Shown here: piece after piece, positions 24,629 to 38,672 of the stretch
Numbering within the stretch: the stretch's first letter is position 1
How the letters are laid out: every line of letters starts with the position of its first letter
DNA from: Kudoa neothunni
Lineage: Eukaryota; Animalia; Cnidaria
NCBI GenBank assembly: GCA_964304625.1
Contig: OZ199838.1
Coordinates: forward strand, 10,485,817-10,549,816
Length of the DNA: 64,000 nucleotides
Reading direction: 5' to 3'
Made by a program: the position numbers and the translations under genes
The notes under the pieces: model-generated
What the model saw: only the letters and a program-made list of their open reading frames with translations
Told to the model about the DNA's origin: nothing
Database searches by the model: none

Positions 24629-25349
24629 CATTATTTAATAAATTTTTTTATGTTTGAACAAAAGATTTCCATCTACAACTTTTCTTTCTTTTTTGATGAG
24701 GTGAAAAAGTTTTAAAGGCATTATAATTGGATTTTCTATTAGATTTAATATTTATTTAATGTATACATCGTATAACATCCGTGAGATAATATTTTATCAT
24801 TGTGAAGTGAAGCAACTACATTCAATTATATTTAGATATGCCCCAAAATAATTTTTCCTTAAATACGCGCTTATTTTTTTAAAGCTTAGTTGTTTTATAG
24901 TCAATAAGTGATTTATGTAAGGTGAAATGGTACATGATAGGTTTTGAGGATAGAAAACGAATTTTCTCAGCATTTACTCTGTATATCACCGATAAATTTA
25001 TTATTCTCAAATATACCTAACTTTTTGTTGCTATAACTGATTTTAGTGCAATTTCTAAGGTCAATTCAAATCGTCGCTCCAATTATTTGAAACAGCTAAG
25101 CGTAAAGAATAGCGATAAGCCATTTCAAATTCGTGACAATTTTGTTTGCAATAGCTGTAAATATGTGGTCTAATATTTTGAAGATATGAAAGAAAATTAC
25201 TCTTATATTAACGGCATATAATGCCAGACCGAAAAACTGCTTAATTCTTCCCCTAAGTCAACTAATGATTTGATTAGTTCTGAAACCAACTGCAACTAAT
25301 ACTCATTATTATCGCTCTTAATTTTTCATTCTGCTAAACATATTTGAAA

Positions 25350-26377
25350 ATGACACAAACTTCTTGCAAAAATATATCTTTTTCGGCGAATGGAATAACG
25401 ATGATAACGTTAAGTATTTCCTTCTCAACATTACTATCTTTCATCACTATTCTAATGACGGTGGGTAGCATGTAAAAGTCGATGGAAGACCAACAACTAC
25501 AATAAATTAGTACTCGCTTTTTTCTGGAGTGATACTCTGAATTCAGCAATTGTTTCACCCGCTCGGCTCATACTCGAACAGTGTGAACAATTCACATTTT
25601 TAAATTGTTCTTTTATAGTGGGAGCCACTAGATTTTTTGGTTTTATCTCTCTCAGTATAATGCTCTTACTTACTCTTGAACGATACATCAAAATATTGAA
25701 ACCTATCAAATATAAAAATTATTCCCCAAATTAGTCGTAGAGAAAGCCATAATAGTTATTGTTGTAGTATCGATCTTAGTGGTTGTTCTATTAGACTCCA
25801 ATTGGAAAAAACTACTCAGTAGTGAACATAAGGAAATAACCCTAAAATGGTGCACATATTCAACAACTATAATTCCAATCTATGGAATGATATCGTCTTT
25901 AATTGCACAATTTGGAACAATAATTGTGATCACATATCTAAATATCAAACTTCTATTTCATATACAGACAGTATTCAGACAATTAGGTAATCTGGGTCGA
26001 ATTAAAGAAAGAAGAAACAAAAACAAAAATATGAACTCTTTTTAGGCCTATCCTCCGCTGCATTAGCTGGCTGCTATATTTTATTGGTCGTTCCTATAAA
26101 TATTATTGATCAGATATCATTCAGTAACAATTTTGTGGGTGATTCCTCTAAAATAACTCGTGTACCCAATGTTGTTATTCAACTTTGCATCTATTTGGTA
26201 ATAATTTATCCCGCCGCAGAGGGAGTTCTATTCCTGATTATTCATCCTCAATTTTTCACACCAATAAAAAATACCTTGCTTTGTCGCGAAAATATCGAAC
26301 AATGCTCTATCGTCGATTTCTCTGCTACTGAACCAACAAAGTCATTCGAAGGTGCTCTAACTATGGAACGATCCTAA
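25350..26377 (+). pseudogene. Disrupted GPCR (paralog 2 of the same family)
   Basis: Fragments MTQTSCKN...; FFWSDTLNSAIVSPARLILEQCEQFTFLNC...LTLERYIKIL; KWCTYST..YG..IAQF; VVPINIID; IIYPAAEGVLFL align to the two intact paralogs. At least one in-frame stop and several frameshifts. Confidence 0.8.
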
Positions 26378-28064
26378 TTATTATACTTATAAGAAACAGA
26401 TGTTTTTTCAGATTTTTAAATTTTGTTTCTTTTTGCAACTGCTTACCAACAATACTCCTTTTAATGAAAGAAAATTGAATTTCAAACATATTTTTCATAG
26501 ATTACTCTCTGAGTTTGCTTATTTAGAAAATAACAATAAGAAGTTACTATAATAATGCTCACTAAGTTCTACATGCTATAAATTCTAGTTTTAAATTGCA
26601 TAGCTTCTCAAATACATATTTAATTTATTTAATCTAATTTAAAAGCAAATTTAATTAGACTGAAAGGATAAGAAACGATATATCGAATAATTTATCTGAT
26701 GTTGAGTCCTAACTTCTTGATTAGCCCTCCACGTACGGCGTGGGAAAAAATTAGGCGCTTGCCGTTGGAGTGGGTTTTAGCAGCGCCTAGGAGGGATCTA
26801 AAATATCGAGTACCGAATGAGGGCTACATACAAAAATTCAATGAGGGGAACAGTTTCCTTTTAAAATCGAGGATTACGTATAAGTTCAGGGTCGAAGTAA
26901 CGCTTGGGATTTTGTTAATTATACTTGTACCTTGTTAAGAGTAGATATTTTAATCAAATTATATAAAACTATTCGATAACTTTCGATGTTAAGGGATTTA
27001 TATTAACAGATGTTTATTAAAATTGGAGAAAATGAGTTTTATATCACGTAATAGGGTAGGACTTGGCATCCAAAAACACTCTTTGGCGAATATTTTTTTG
27101 TTTGGTCCTAGATGATTTTGCATCATAGAATAAAATAACGTTGAAAGTAAGGATTTAGCTAATTAAGACAACCTCTAATTTTTCTACTAAATCTCGAATA
27201 CAATACCACAACACCGTCAGCGCATGTGAAATCGTCATTGAATATACATTAAATTCTGGATTAATTATATACTTAAAAATTTTTTTTAATAATGTTACGT
27301 TTTAAGAATCGTGACTCAATCATTTTAACAAGCCTTAAGTATCTTATTATATATTGACTATAAACTTTTTTAAAAAATAACACAATCAAATAATACATTT
27401 TTAGTTTATATACTTTTGTTGTTACATTATTTTTATTATAAAAAAAGTTATAAACGTTTTACCAATATAATGTTATCATTAAATTTTTATAATGACCATA
27501 TGGTCAACCTTCTGATTCCACTGCGATTAAACTCGTAAAAATATTTTGCATTAATAAATTTATTAGAATTCCTCTTTTAAATAAGCTTGTTTTATAAAAT
27601 AAATAAGTTAAACAACAATAAGATTTTAGTAATATTATTGCAATTATTATGCATAACATTATGATCAAAAATACAACAGTAACCTTCTTCGAGATAATCA
27701 TAGTTTATATATATATAATAAAGTAATTAACTACTATCTTGAGGATTCTAATGCTTGATAATTAAAGGTCATTATTTTGTATTAACCTTTAAAGGATAAC
27801 CTTCAGTTCCATGCGCCCATCTTTATATTATTTTATTTATGAATTTTGTTGTTATACATGTTATATTTTGTGTATATTCGTCAGAATTTCATCTACATTT
27901 TTAAAAAAGCATTATCTACCGACCGACATAATAAAATAAGTTAATGGTTTGGCGAAATTACACAAATTATAACAGGTTTTACAACAAAATAATAGGGAGG
28001 TGGACGCGCGAATCCAATGGTTAGCCGTTAAGGGATAAAAGAATCCCATAGGTATTCTAACAAT

Positions 28065-28850
28065 TGTAGTTGACAAATACATCAAAAAAATTATTATTTC
28101 TCTATAAATTTAACAAATTTGAAGTCGTTAATTGTTCACTGATTTTTTTATTTATATCTGTTACTGATAAATTTATAAATGTTCAATCTTGTGACTTCGT
28201 ATTTTAGAAACTGAACTTTCCGATTTATTCTATTTATAATAAGAACGATGTTTCAATTTAACTATGGCGTAACTTAAAGTGGTATTTAGTTTATACATTT
28301 TTTGGGGTAGTTTATTCATGAATAAAATAATTTTATAACAATATTTGTTCCAAAATTCAAACATGAAAATTTTTAATTTATTCTATTAAGTTATCTTTTT
28401 ATTTAAATACATTAGTGACTAAAAACAAAAATGTTCAATAATTTTTTTTAATTAAAATTAACTTTAAAGTAGAGGAATCGTCACAAATCAAAATATACGA
28501 TTTTTAATCATTTTAAGTTAAATCAACTGTGGATGATAAAAGTCCATAACATTTTTTTATTATTTATCTCAACACCATAAAAATGGTGTAAAATCTAAAA
28601 ATAAACATTTGTTACTTAGTTTTTGAATATAAAGTGAAATATTACGTCATATTTTGTAATCTACTTCAATATTTTTGTGTGGTTGAATGTTTCAAGCATT
28701 TAAACTAATATAATTAATTTACTGAGATGTATTGTCTATCAAAATGTTTTTAAAAACTAGTAGCAACCACTTAACGTTGGAATCATGAAATCCCTATACA
28801 AATCCTTAATAATCCTCACATCAACACATAACCACCCTCGATTTTTTATA
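28065..28850 (+). repeat. Repeat family A, copy 2 (no gypsy insertion)
   Basis: Colinear with 2165-2497 joined to 6418-6700. Confidence 0.8.
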
Positions 28851-29494
28851 GACCTAATGGAGGCTGAACGTAATCTTGCGTGGCCCCTCTCTTGAAATAT
28901 TATAAAGTTGGCATTAAATATAAAAACCTACTAGTATTATAGTTTTTACGGTATAATATAAACGATGGATCCTTGCCTTAACAGTATGTGATCTATATTA
29001 TATTTCTATGGGGTCATTTAAAGGATTAGTGAAATTTTATGGTTTTCTGGATTTTTTCAATGTAGTATATTCACGATCCCGCTCGAAACTGCCCAGTTTG
29101 CGCCACTTTGTGTACATAGTAGATGTACACCGTTTTAGCTAACCCCCCAAAATACGGATAATCCCATCCACCTAAAAATTTCGAGTAATTTTCAAAAATA
29201 TTTTCGACGGTATATTTGTTGATATTTTTTATTAATTAAAGAAACCACAAAGGCGTTCTCTTCGGAAATTTACGTGGAACTCGTAACTTGGAAGTTCTTG
29301 CAAGCATTGTTTATGCTAGTTTTAAGGCTTCACGTTGATCTGATATTTACAGAAAGCTTTACCTAAAATGACAGACGATTCGATAGAGACCAGGAATTTT
29401 TGTTCGAAGTCAAAACTATTATTTTTATCTTATTATTTGTTCTATAAACTGATAAATGGGGTTAATTCTCGCATACAATATATTAAGGTACTTG

Positions 29495-32400
29495 CATTTA
29501 AGCCTCGATACTGCGGAATTAAACTTTATTAGTGTTATGTTTTTTAACTAACCAAGTAGAACATATAAATCATATCCAATATGCTCGAATGGTTACCTAT
29601 AAAAATAAACAATATATTTAGAACAAGGTGCTATCCAATAAATTGATAACAACCTTGTGTCTCGGTAATGCGTAACTCCCTAATTTTGACTTCTTTACTC
29701 TGCTGGTCACACTATAATAAATTTGATATTGTCTCAAAGAGCTATGGACGAAAAATAAAAATAACTGAACCTCATAATTCTCTTAAGATTATATCTGAGG
29801 CTAAAGTTATTACTGTACAACGTTCCGAACTAATACGTGTTTTTAATTTCAATATCGTTCGATAATTTAAAATAACCCACCCAACTCTCGATAGAATCTT
29901 GTCTAAACAATATGAAATCACAAATTTAAAAAATGCAACATCTAGAAAAATATTTAACATTAGAAAATATAAAAAGCTAGAAATTAACTTTTAGGACTGG
30001 ATAGGTTCAATGCGAAAAATAAATAAACTAATATTGGTATTTTAAATGATCCAAAAGTTTCTGTCATTACAAAATATATTAGAATCAACGACTTTAAAAT
30101 AAGCAGCAAGTTTTTTAATAGACACTTCCTTTTTAATAATTTCAGAATGCGTTACCATCTGAAAAACTCTAAATCGCACGGAGAAGTAGGAAGCGCTGAC
30201 TTTAAATGTATTTATGATTGCGTGGACGATTCGTCTGAGACTTTGTCGAGATACAATCCAGAATACATATTTAATTAGGACGAGACGGCTTGTTTATGAA
30301 TTGCTGGTTCAACATGCTTACATAACCAAAAATGAATACAATATAAAAGATAAAAAACAATTCAAAAGGAGTTTTACAGTTTGAATCATTTCTTCAGTGA
30401 CAGGAGAAAAGTATTCATTACACGTAATTGGAAAATTCCAGAAATCTCATTGATAAAGGCAATTAAAGAGTTTCCAGTTGAACACCATTCGCAAAAAGAA
30501 TGGTTGGATGTCTTCATCTATGTTTTATTAGATAAGTGTCCAACTCATCCAAAATCGATTTATAATTTGGAAAACATCATGCTCCTGTTTCTGCCAAAAA
30601 TCATTACCACTGTGGTGCAACCAATGGACCTAGGAATAATCCGCAGTTAAAGAGCGAGTTATAGAAAAATATTTTGCGGAAAGCCCAGAAAAATTTAATT
30701 ATGTTTTGCTAGATTGCTTAAGTACAAAAAAATTGGTATGGAGAATGGCTACGGTATCAACGATTAGTAATCGAGATCAAAGTCGCCTATTTTCAAAATG
30801 AAATAATCGATTTATTCTTATCTTTATTGAAAAATTAAGAAGATAAAACTTTAACGTAATCCGAGGATGAAATAACATCAGAAGATAACTAACCGAAAAT
30901 TTTTAATACTTTATGCATAGATAAAAATGGTAATGATATTATTTTGTCGGAAAAAAATGAAATCATACACTTAAATGACGACGAGCTATGTAAATTCACT
31001 GTATGTAATGAAAATTCTGATTCTGAACAAAAAGATGAAATCGTCGCAACATCTCAATTAAAAAGTGCTATTAATACACTAAGGAAAGCGTTTATCAACG
31101 CGAATCTTGAACTATCGTTTTCTATACATCTAGTTCAGGACACTGTACCCAAAATTTATAAAGAAAAGAACGAGACATAATAAAATAAATAAGTTCTTTT
31201 TCGCAGTATTTCAAAATCAACTTGTAACCAGCACGTACTCTAAGATGAGACGCCGGATCCCTCTTTAATTGAATTAGAAAAAGATGTAACATCAAAACGA
31301 CAATGGCTCTAAAACTAATCTGAACAATTCTATGAGATCTGCTATTATAGTGGTTTTTATGTAAGTTGTTATAAATACAAAAATAATTTAACTTAATTAT
31401 CAAGGGCGGAACGACAAAGAAGTAAACCACTAAAGATGTAAAATGCCACCCTACCATTGTTGGTCGTATTATAAAACAATATGACCAAACCAAAGCCTTC
31501 TATAAGAAGAAGGCGGGTTAAGATGAACGTTCTATTATGAACGAAGAACACAAACGATTTATAATTAGTTGTGTTGACAGCAACTGTACAATTAAATTGA
31601 AATCGTTGGCAGATTCTGCTAAAAAGAGATTTCAAACTAACGCTTCACCAATACAGTTAGTATTGTCTTGAAAAATTTTCATTACACGTTGGAGATTTTA
31701 ATTGTACCTGCAACGAGGAATTCTCATGAAAATATATCTAAAAGGAAAAGTTATTTAACTGCTATATGTTTATGTTTAAAAGTGATCATTAATTCTCCTT
31801 TTTGAATTAAAATCCAAAACTACCTCATGTAATCTTTATCAACAAAACAGGATTTTTACTTTCTATAAAACGATCTTTTGGTAGAACTTCATTAGGCACT
31901 GGGGCAAATAGATTAACTTCCAAATAAGATAAAAACTATCAGACTTGCTACTGCTATCAGTTGTAATAAAGTGTGAATTTAGAAAATACATGAAGGCGCA
32001 GTGAATCAAAATATTATGTTGGAATATCTTGATCAACTTTCCAGAATTTTGATGCTAGCGGAGTTCCAAATTCTTTGGTAATAACGGAGAAAGCAGAATT
32101 CCAAACGACACATGTTAATACAAAATCAATAACACCAGGCATAAAATGTTGGTTCTATCGCCGTATTCTCCATTTTTGAATCCAATTGAAGAATGATTTA
32201 ATAAAATAAAACTTCTTGTTAGATAAAATCTTCCACAAAATAAAGATGAAATGTATAACACTATCAGAGAGACAGTCAATGAATTATCTCCTGAACAATG
32301 CTCAAATTATTTTAACTACTCTGAAATACATTTTTCTGGATGTCTCAATTAGGAGTTTATTAAAAAATTGTCGGAAATATTCTATTTTTCAATTTTATTA

Positions 32401-32573
32401 AAAATATGTGCATATTGATTCGGAATCTCATGGTGACGTTTGTGCTGGTTGTAAGTCGAGCTCGAATTACTATAATAGGCGTTAGATTGGAGTTTCTTCA
32501 GCGTACGCATCCGATCTCATTATGACGCAATTTTAGCCCGCCAAAAATATTACACAATATCGAGGCATTACTG
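29495..32573 (+). mobile_element. Degenerate pogo/Tigger (CENP-B/DDE_1) transposon
   Basis: Transposase remnants HGEVGSAD, IFN*DET, LLDKCPTHP, FLPKIITTVVQPMDLGIIRS (about 30170-30650). Candidate imperfect TIRs at 29495 and 32573 (about 19/25 identity), so the ends are tentative. Confidence 0.65.
31400..32420 (+). mobile_element. Highly degenerate Tc1/IS630-like transposase relic, apparently nested in the pogo element
   Basis: LSPYSPFLNPIEE at about 32155-32193 and upstream remnants. TIRs not found. Confidence 0.55.
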
Positions 32574-34286
32574 TGTATTATAACTAGGGGATCGTAGTTT
32601 TCGATTAAAATTGATTTTGGTCATCGAATTTTTGAAACGTGTAGTAATTGGAGAGGAATTGATAGTTATCTTGTTGACTGGGTCGAATTAAAGAAGGTGG
32701 AAAACTAATTAACCTGTAAATTCGCGAAGTAAAATTATCTCCGCAACAAAATAGAATTTACGAGTCAATAAAGTCAAATAAACATATTTTTTCTAAGTGT
32801 TTCAAGGCACTTCTCTGTCCGTTATTTTCTTAGAGATTGAAAGGATAGAAAAATTTGGTTCCCATTATTGTTCTCAGCGTTCTTCCGATATCGTTATTAT
32901 GTTAAAAATATTTTTTGGGGAAATATTGTTCCAATTTTTTAAATTTAAAATGTTTAAACGCATGCGCGCCAATGAATCAACCAAGTAAACGTTGAAAACT
33001 ACGTTCCCTAATTATAACCAATTTTGTTTTGGGGAATATTTTATGATGTAAAATTATTATTCAGCTTATATTCAAAGCAATCGTCGTATAGCATTCCTTT
33101 TTAATTTTTTCATAAAAAGGCTAATTGCGTGGTAAATCATATTCAGACGCCGCTAGTTTTTACTATTTTTAATTATTTCTGACACATAACTTGGCTCTTA
33201 GGGGCCGAGAATAACTAAAGATATCATATTCTAAAAAATTAAATCATTATACATTTTGCGAGTAAGAGCTTTTTTATTAAAATTTTAGTCACATGCGCGA
33301 TTCTATTTTAGGGTTAAAATTTACGATGCTAGTGACTTTTGCCACCTTTTACCCCATTCCGGGTTTTCGTTTCATTTTCAGCCCTTTAATAATTATTAGA
33401 TCTTCCTATGAAAATGTAATTTTTGATGATTAACAATTTAGATGCGTTATTAAAATACCACTTTTAATATACAGTTTAAATTTTTTGAAAAATTAGTATT
33501 GGACCCCGAATGGTTAAAGTAGCCAATAGGAATTATCAAGCTAGTTTCATTATACGAACTAAAAAACGAGTTTTAGATTTACATTATTCCATAAAAGTAA
33601 AATAAACTTATAAATAATTAAAAAATAGATAACTTTAAATCATTGAGCCCTGTATTGTTTTGAACAATCATCGTATTTATTATTGATCCCGAACATATCT
33701 ATTAGCTAAGATAATCTCAAATAGTACAATTTCAAGAAAATTTCGAATGTCTTAGAAATGCATTAAATATTCAATCGTCATTTAAATTGGAAGAATACGA
33801 ATTTTTTGTGCTTTCTGGATCGCTAACCTTCGCTATTGTAGAATTTATTGTGGACCAAGAATGAGACGTCCAGTTTAAGAGTTATTAATAATTGACTGCA
33901 TTGCAATTTTTTCATGATTTTTAAAAAACAAATTATCTAAAATCAATGAATATTTTTGTTTATTAATAATTAATTTAATTTCGATAAACTTAAAATCAAC
34001 ATTATTTTCCTAAGGAAAAAGTTCGAAATTTTTTCTTAATATTCTGGGAAACGTGTAAAGTTTCATCCCTTAATTAATGCAGAATTTAGCATTAATACTA
34101 CTCAAAAAAGCACAACAACTTGAAATTATCAAATGGACGTGGCAAAACATTATTAATCTAACAAGTTGAATATATTAATTGAAACGATGGTTTGTTTCAG
34201 CTAATCCAATCACCAAACTTTGATAATATTGCTTCGTTCCGAATTGTTTAGGCAAACTATTGTTGGTTTAAATTACTGCCCTTCCT

Positions 34287-35336
34287 ATGATTTGTCCAGG
34301 TGTGAGTGCCATCCAAGGAACTGAAATATTGATAGCTTTACTAACTGTGGTAAGTGGTATAGCAATACTATGCGTTACAGTAATAACGACCTTTATCATA
34401 TATTCGACTTCCAAGCTGCAAACATCAAACAATTACATAATAATCACCCTATTTTGGAGTGATACAATCAATGTGGTGATAATATCCGTGATTCGGATTT
34501 CTCTATTGATATGTAATGCCTATACCAAATCTAAGTGTCTTGCGGTGGTAACTTTTACGCGATTTCTTTCATTTGTCTCTATTGGCTGCCTAATTTTTGT
34601 TACGTTGGAAAGATTTTTACGATTACTCCATTACCGAATATATCATCGCTATATTAATAAACAACGCACCACAAGAGGACTCGTGGTTTTAATAGTGATT
34701 TCATTATTATTCTCAACACTTGTCGAAATAAATTGGAGCCTTGCGTCTAACAAAGACAATGACCTCTATGAACCAATACCTTATTGTACTTATGCCGTTG
34801 TTATGCAACCCGGATATGGATTTGTTAGCATTATTGTTTTTCAGCTGCTACCATTTTTTTTTATTTCTCTAATGTACATCAATATAATGTTTTTTGTGCG
34901 GAAACGACTGTTTCAAAGGACCATGGATAACAACGGAACTCGGAATGAAAGAAGAAACGTTAGAAGACTTCGAGCTGACATCAAAATTGCCGTATCCGTC
35001 ATGGCTATTGTTGGTAGTTATATGATTCTAGTTTTACCGATTGTTGTAACAGATCTCATAAAATTTAAAACCGATTTTTTCCTGGAAGAGGAAAGAACTG
35101 TGATCCCTCGGAATGTAATGATTGTTGTAGTGATACTGGCTATCTTGTATCCTGCTGTCGAAGGAATTGTATTCTTGGGAACTAGCAAACAATTTTGGAA
35201 ACCGATCGGAATAGTGACGGGAATATCCCACCTCAGAAATAGACCTACTACTGACACTGTTACTAACACAACCGATCGCACTCCATTCAGCAAAGGTATT
35301 GATCCAATAATGGTGGAACAAACGGATATAATATAA
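34287..35336 (+). CDS. Orphan rhodopsin-like 7TM GPCR (paralog 3), intronless
   Basis: 7 TM segments, FWSD in TM2, TM3 Cys, TLERF, ECL2 YC, FQLLP in TM5, basic ICL3, VLP in TM6, helix-8-like SKQFWK, Thr-rich tail. Confidence 0.88.
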   Translation: MICPGVSAIQGTEILIALLTVVSGIAILCVTVITTFIIYSTSKLQTSNNYIIITLFWSDTINVVIISVIRISLLICNAYTKSKCLAVVTFTRFLSFVSIGCLIFVTLERFLRLLHYRIYHRYINKQRTTRGLVVLIVISLLFSTLVEINWSLASNKDNDLYEPIPYCTYAVVMQPGYGFVSIIVFQLLPFFFISLMYINIMFFVRKRLFQRTMDNNGTRNERRNVRRLRADIKIAVSVMAIVGSYMILVLPIVVTDLIKFKTDFFLEEERTVIPRNVMIVVVILAILYPAVEGIVFLGTSKQFWKPIGIVTGISHLRNRPTTDTVTNTTDRTPFSKGIDPIMVEQTDII

Positions 35337-37838
35337 ATATTTTTAGTAGTATATTAAACAGTATTTTTATATTAGACGATTTTTTCGCATACTAATTCTG
35401 ATATTACATAAATAAATGTGTGTATAAAAATCTATTTTAACTATCACATTTACAGTAAGTAATATAAAACTGCGTATATAAATTTTTTATGATTTGTTAG
35501 TATAATCTAACAATATTTATTGTAATTCGTGTTGATAAAATGTTATTTTATTATATGGAAATACTAACATGAAATTTTTTATTCCAATAAACAACAGAAA
35601 AGGTGGACTGAACAAAAAATTTAATGCGGGAGAATATTGATTCAATAGTAATTTTTTCTAATAGAGTAGATTCTGCTAAGGCGGAAACGGCGCCGGACAA
35701 TAATTTGCCAGATTGCAGAGGCGCACCTGTAAATTTGGCTCCTCGTGCACAAGATTTATCTGAAAACTATTTAGAGCATTTAGAAACATCACAAGCACAT
35801 GAACACACTATAAACTTATATTTTAAAAGTGACAGAAGTAGTTTTACCGCTTGAGTTTCCATCACATGTTGTTTTTGGCCGCATAAAATGTTTTGAACGT
35901 TCGCCGATGTTAACCATCGTATAATAGTCTCTTTGTGAAACAAAATTGTCTCGATGGTAGTCTAAAAATATCCAATATAGCTATTATGCTATTAGATTAT
36001 TAATCCACTTTACATATGTCACAATTCACCCCGTCTCCCACAGTAACTATTAAAAAATCAGAATAAAAATATGCCCGAACAAATTCAGTAACCATTTTCA
36101 TTGATACCAACACAGTCCATGCCACATATTTTATTTTTATTGATATTCCGTTCAAAATCCCTGATCAGTGAATCACTGGGGGATGCCTAAAACCTATTTA
36201 TATATGAAAATTCTAAAACAAACAGATACAATTCCTGTAGCATTTGTTATTTGGTTTACAGCATACTTGAAATCCATTATAGCTTTTATCTTGATGAACC
36301 TAACAAGAGCATCTCTATGCATGTTGTCGTAAAACTAAAACTGGTATTCATTCATTTTTTCATTTTAATAATTACGTAACCGCAATATATAGAAGAAATT
36401 TGCATCAATGCATAACCAAAAATAATGTTAATGACTGTTCCTATATAGAAACTATCAGAGAAATTAATATATATAGCATTTCTCACTAAAGATCATTTCT
36501 CTTGGGTCCTACTCTTAAATTTATTTTAAAATTATAAATATTGGTATGATAAGGATTTAATTGTTTTGAAAACTTGATAATCATTTCAAAAAGATGTAAT
36601 CGTATTAATTTTTGAAATTATCATATCCATTAATCATTAACAAAATTATAACGACATATATGTGAATCTATTTGATTTGTTAAATCCAAACCTTTCTATT
36701 ATAAAGTATTAATTATAATTGATATTTGCTCAAATTTTTAATACTTTGAGTATCCTAAGTTAACTAGCTCAATTTTATAAATTTTGAATACACCATCATA
36801 TCCAATGTTTGAATTATTTTAATACGCCCTCCATCGATAAATTATTCATATAATTTTAAAAAGTAAAAAGCTTTCGGCATTCAAAAGCTTTATTGATAGG
36901 TTTTAGATAATTTACCTTATCTAATTAAAATAGATAACTGATTTTCCATACTTTTATTCACAAACAAAGGACGTGAAATATACAACTATTTTAACCAATC
37001 GATATCATATCATATCATATCATAACATTAATATTTGTTTTTAGTACAAATAATAATTAATTATAATTTTTTTATTATTTTTAGTTCCATTTGATTAACT
37101 CAGCTTATCATTTAACCAATTAATCCCTTTCTCTAAGTGTGTATATTTTAGCACGTCTAACCAGAAAAGTGTATCATTGCATGATTTATCTTCTGTTAAA
37201 GAGTTATATTCATTTTAGGCATGTCCGATATCTGATTTATCTAATATATCCACAAGGCAACTAGGATCATATAAATTACTAGCGCAAATTTCTCATCTTC
37301 GCCCGGCATAGAGAATATTATGCATGGAATAATCTCATTAAACCATTCGGAATTACACAAATACTTCCAGTTAACCCATAGAAAGGATTAAACCATAAAT
37401 TGATTAAAGTACCATATTATTAACTGTCGTGATTAGGAAAATTAAAATTAAGGTCATTTAAGGAAATCATAAAAATTGTAAAAGCTATAAAACTTTATGA
37501 TAGCTAATAGGAGTTAATTTCCAGTAATGTCACACTGACACTAAATTTAATCGTGTAATAGCTAATTTTTCCAATAACAAAATTAGATACCACAAAAACT
37601 CGACATTTTCATCAAGTTATATAATAACCTAAAGTGCATTAAAATTTAGGCCACGTTTATTAATATTCAATATTGTTAACTTTCAAATTAATTAATTTTG
37701 TCTTTAATATTGTCAAGTAGTATATTATTTATTTAAAAAATTTAATGTTTTCTCGATAAATTATATGTGAACTTAATTTTAAAAATGAAGAGTATGATAG
37801 CAACTGCGTTTACTCTAAGAAATGTGATACTTGATTAA

Positions 37839-38672
37839 TTAGTTATAAATTATAAAATCTATAGTTATTACCGTATATAAAATCAACTTCAGAGTCTGAT
37901 GGACAATATTCACTCCCAATTGTTGAATCTTTTTCAAGTTATTAAAAGATTTTCCAGTACAACTACCTTTAATGTATATCCCTGATTGGGAATGGGAGAC
38001 TTCCAAATATCGACCCTTGTGGTTTTTCCGTTTTCTTCGAAGCAAAGTTTCGTCGATTTTCACAACGAACCCCGGACTGCCGAATTCTTCCCGGTTGCTG
38101 AAAAAAATGGAAACAACAGTTCTTATTTTTGCAAACCAATACAAATACATTTTTTTTCAACGTTGACATTATCGATGGAAAAGAGCATTGTGTGGTCCAG
38201 GGCCCAACAATATATTATTTTCATTATTTTTTTGATAAATAAATTAGTGGATCCGTTGTGGGACTCCGACGAAGATGAAATAAAGGTACCCCTACATGAA
38301 TAAACCTTCGTTTTTCAATATTTACTACATTCTTATTAATAAAAGAAAATAATTATCAAATTAGTTTTTACAAATGTAAATATATTGAAACGTAACGCTG
38401 TTCCTCTCATACAACGTCATCTCACTCATCCGATTTCTCAAATTACATGTTTTAGTAGAGACGTGAAGTGAATTACACCTCCTGCAATTCAGGCATCCTT
38501 TTGGAACATCGATGATTAATTTATGATCCATTAGAAATTTGAATAGTTTTTCATAGTCGTTAACAAGCATGAAAAAATCATCATCTCCTCTAATCGTTAG
38601 TTCCATTATTCTTAACGCGAATGCAGACCACAAACTTGTCGGATGATGGTTTTTATGTCGGTTATAAAACAA
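37839..38672 (-). mobile_element. Merlin/IS1595 (ISXO2-like) transposase relic
   Basis: GSPGFVVKIDETLLRRKRKNHKGR matches the Merlin GGxGxxVEIDESxxxKRKYNRGR motif, with an upstream CxxC zinc-ribbon-like segment (GCLNCRR). Fragmented; ends not defined. Confidence 0.7.

Noticed and set aside
26699-26938. Relatively GC-rich 79-aa ORF
   Set aside because: No recognisable motif or splice context; probably a TE fragment.
27504-27701. Hydrophobic ORF as a fourth GPCR fragment
   Set aside because: No family motifs; hydrophobic I/L/F bias is expected from AT-rich DNA. The same applies to 58609-58827.
22932-35336. GPCRs as opsins
   Set aside because: No Lys at the retinal-binding position of TM7 (e.g. 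LAILYPAVEG in paralog 3).
35990-36330. Minus-strand Cys-containing fragments (DGVNCDICK), PHD-like
   Set aside because: Too short and riddled with stops to call; possibly TE debris.
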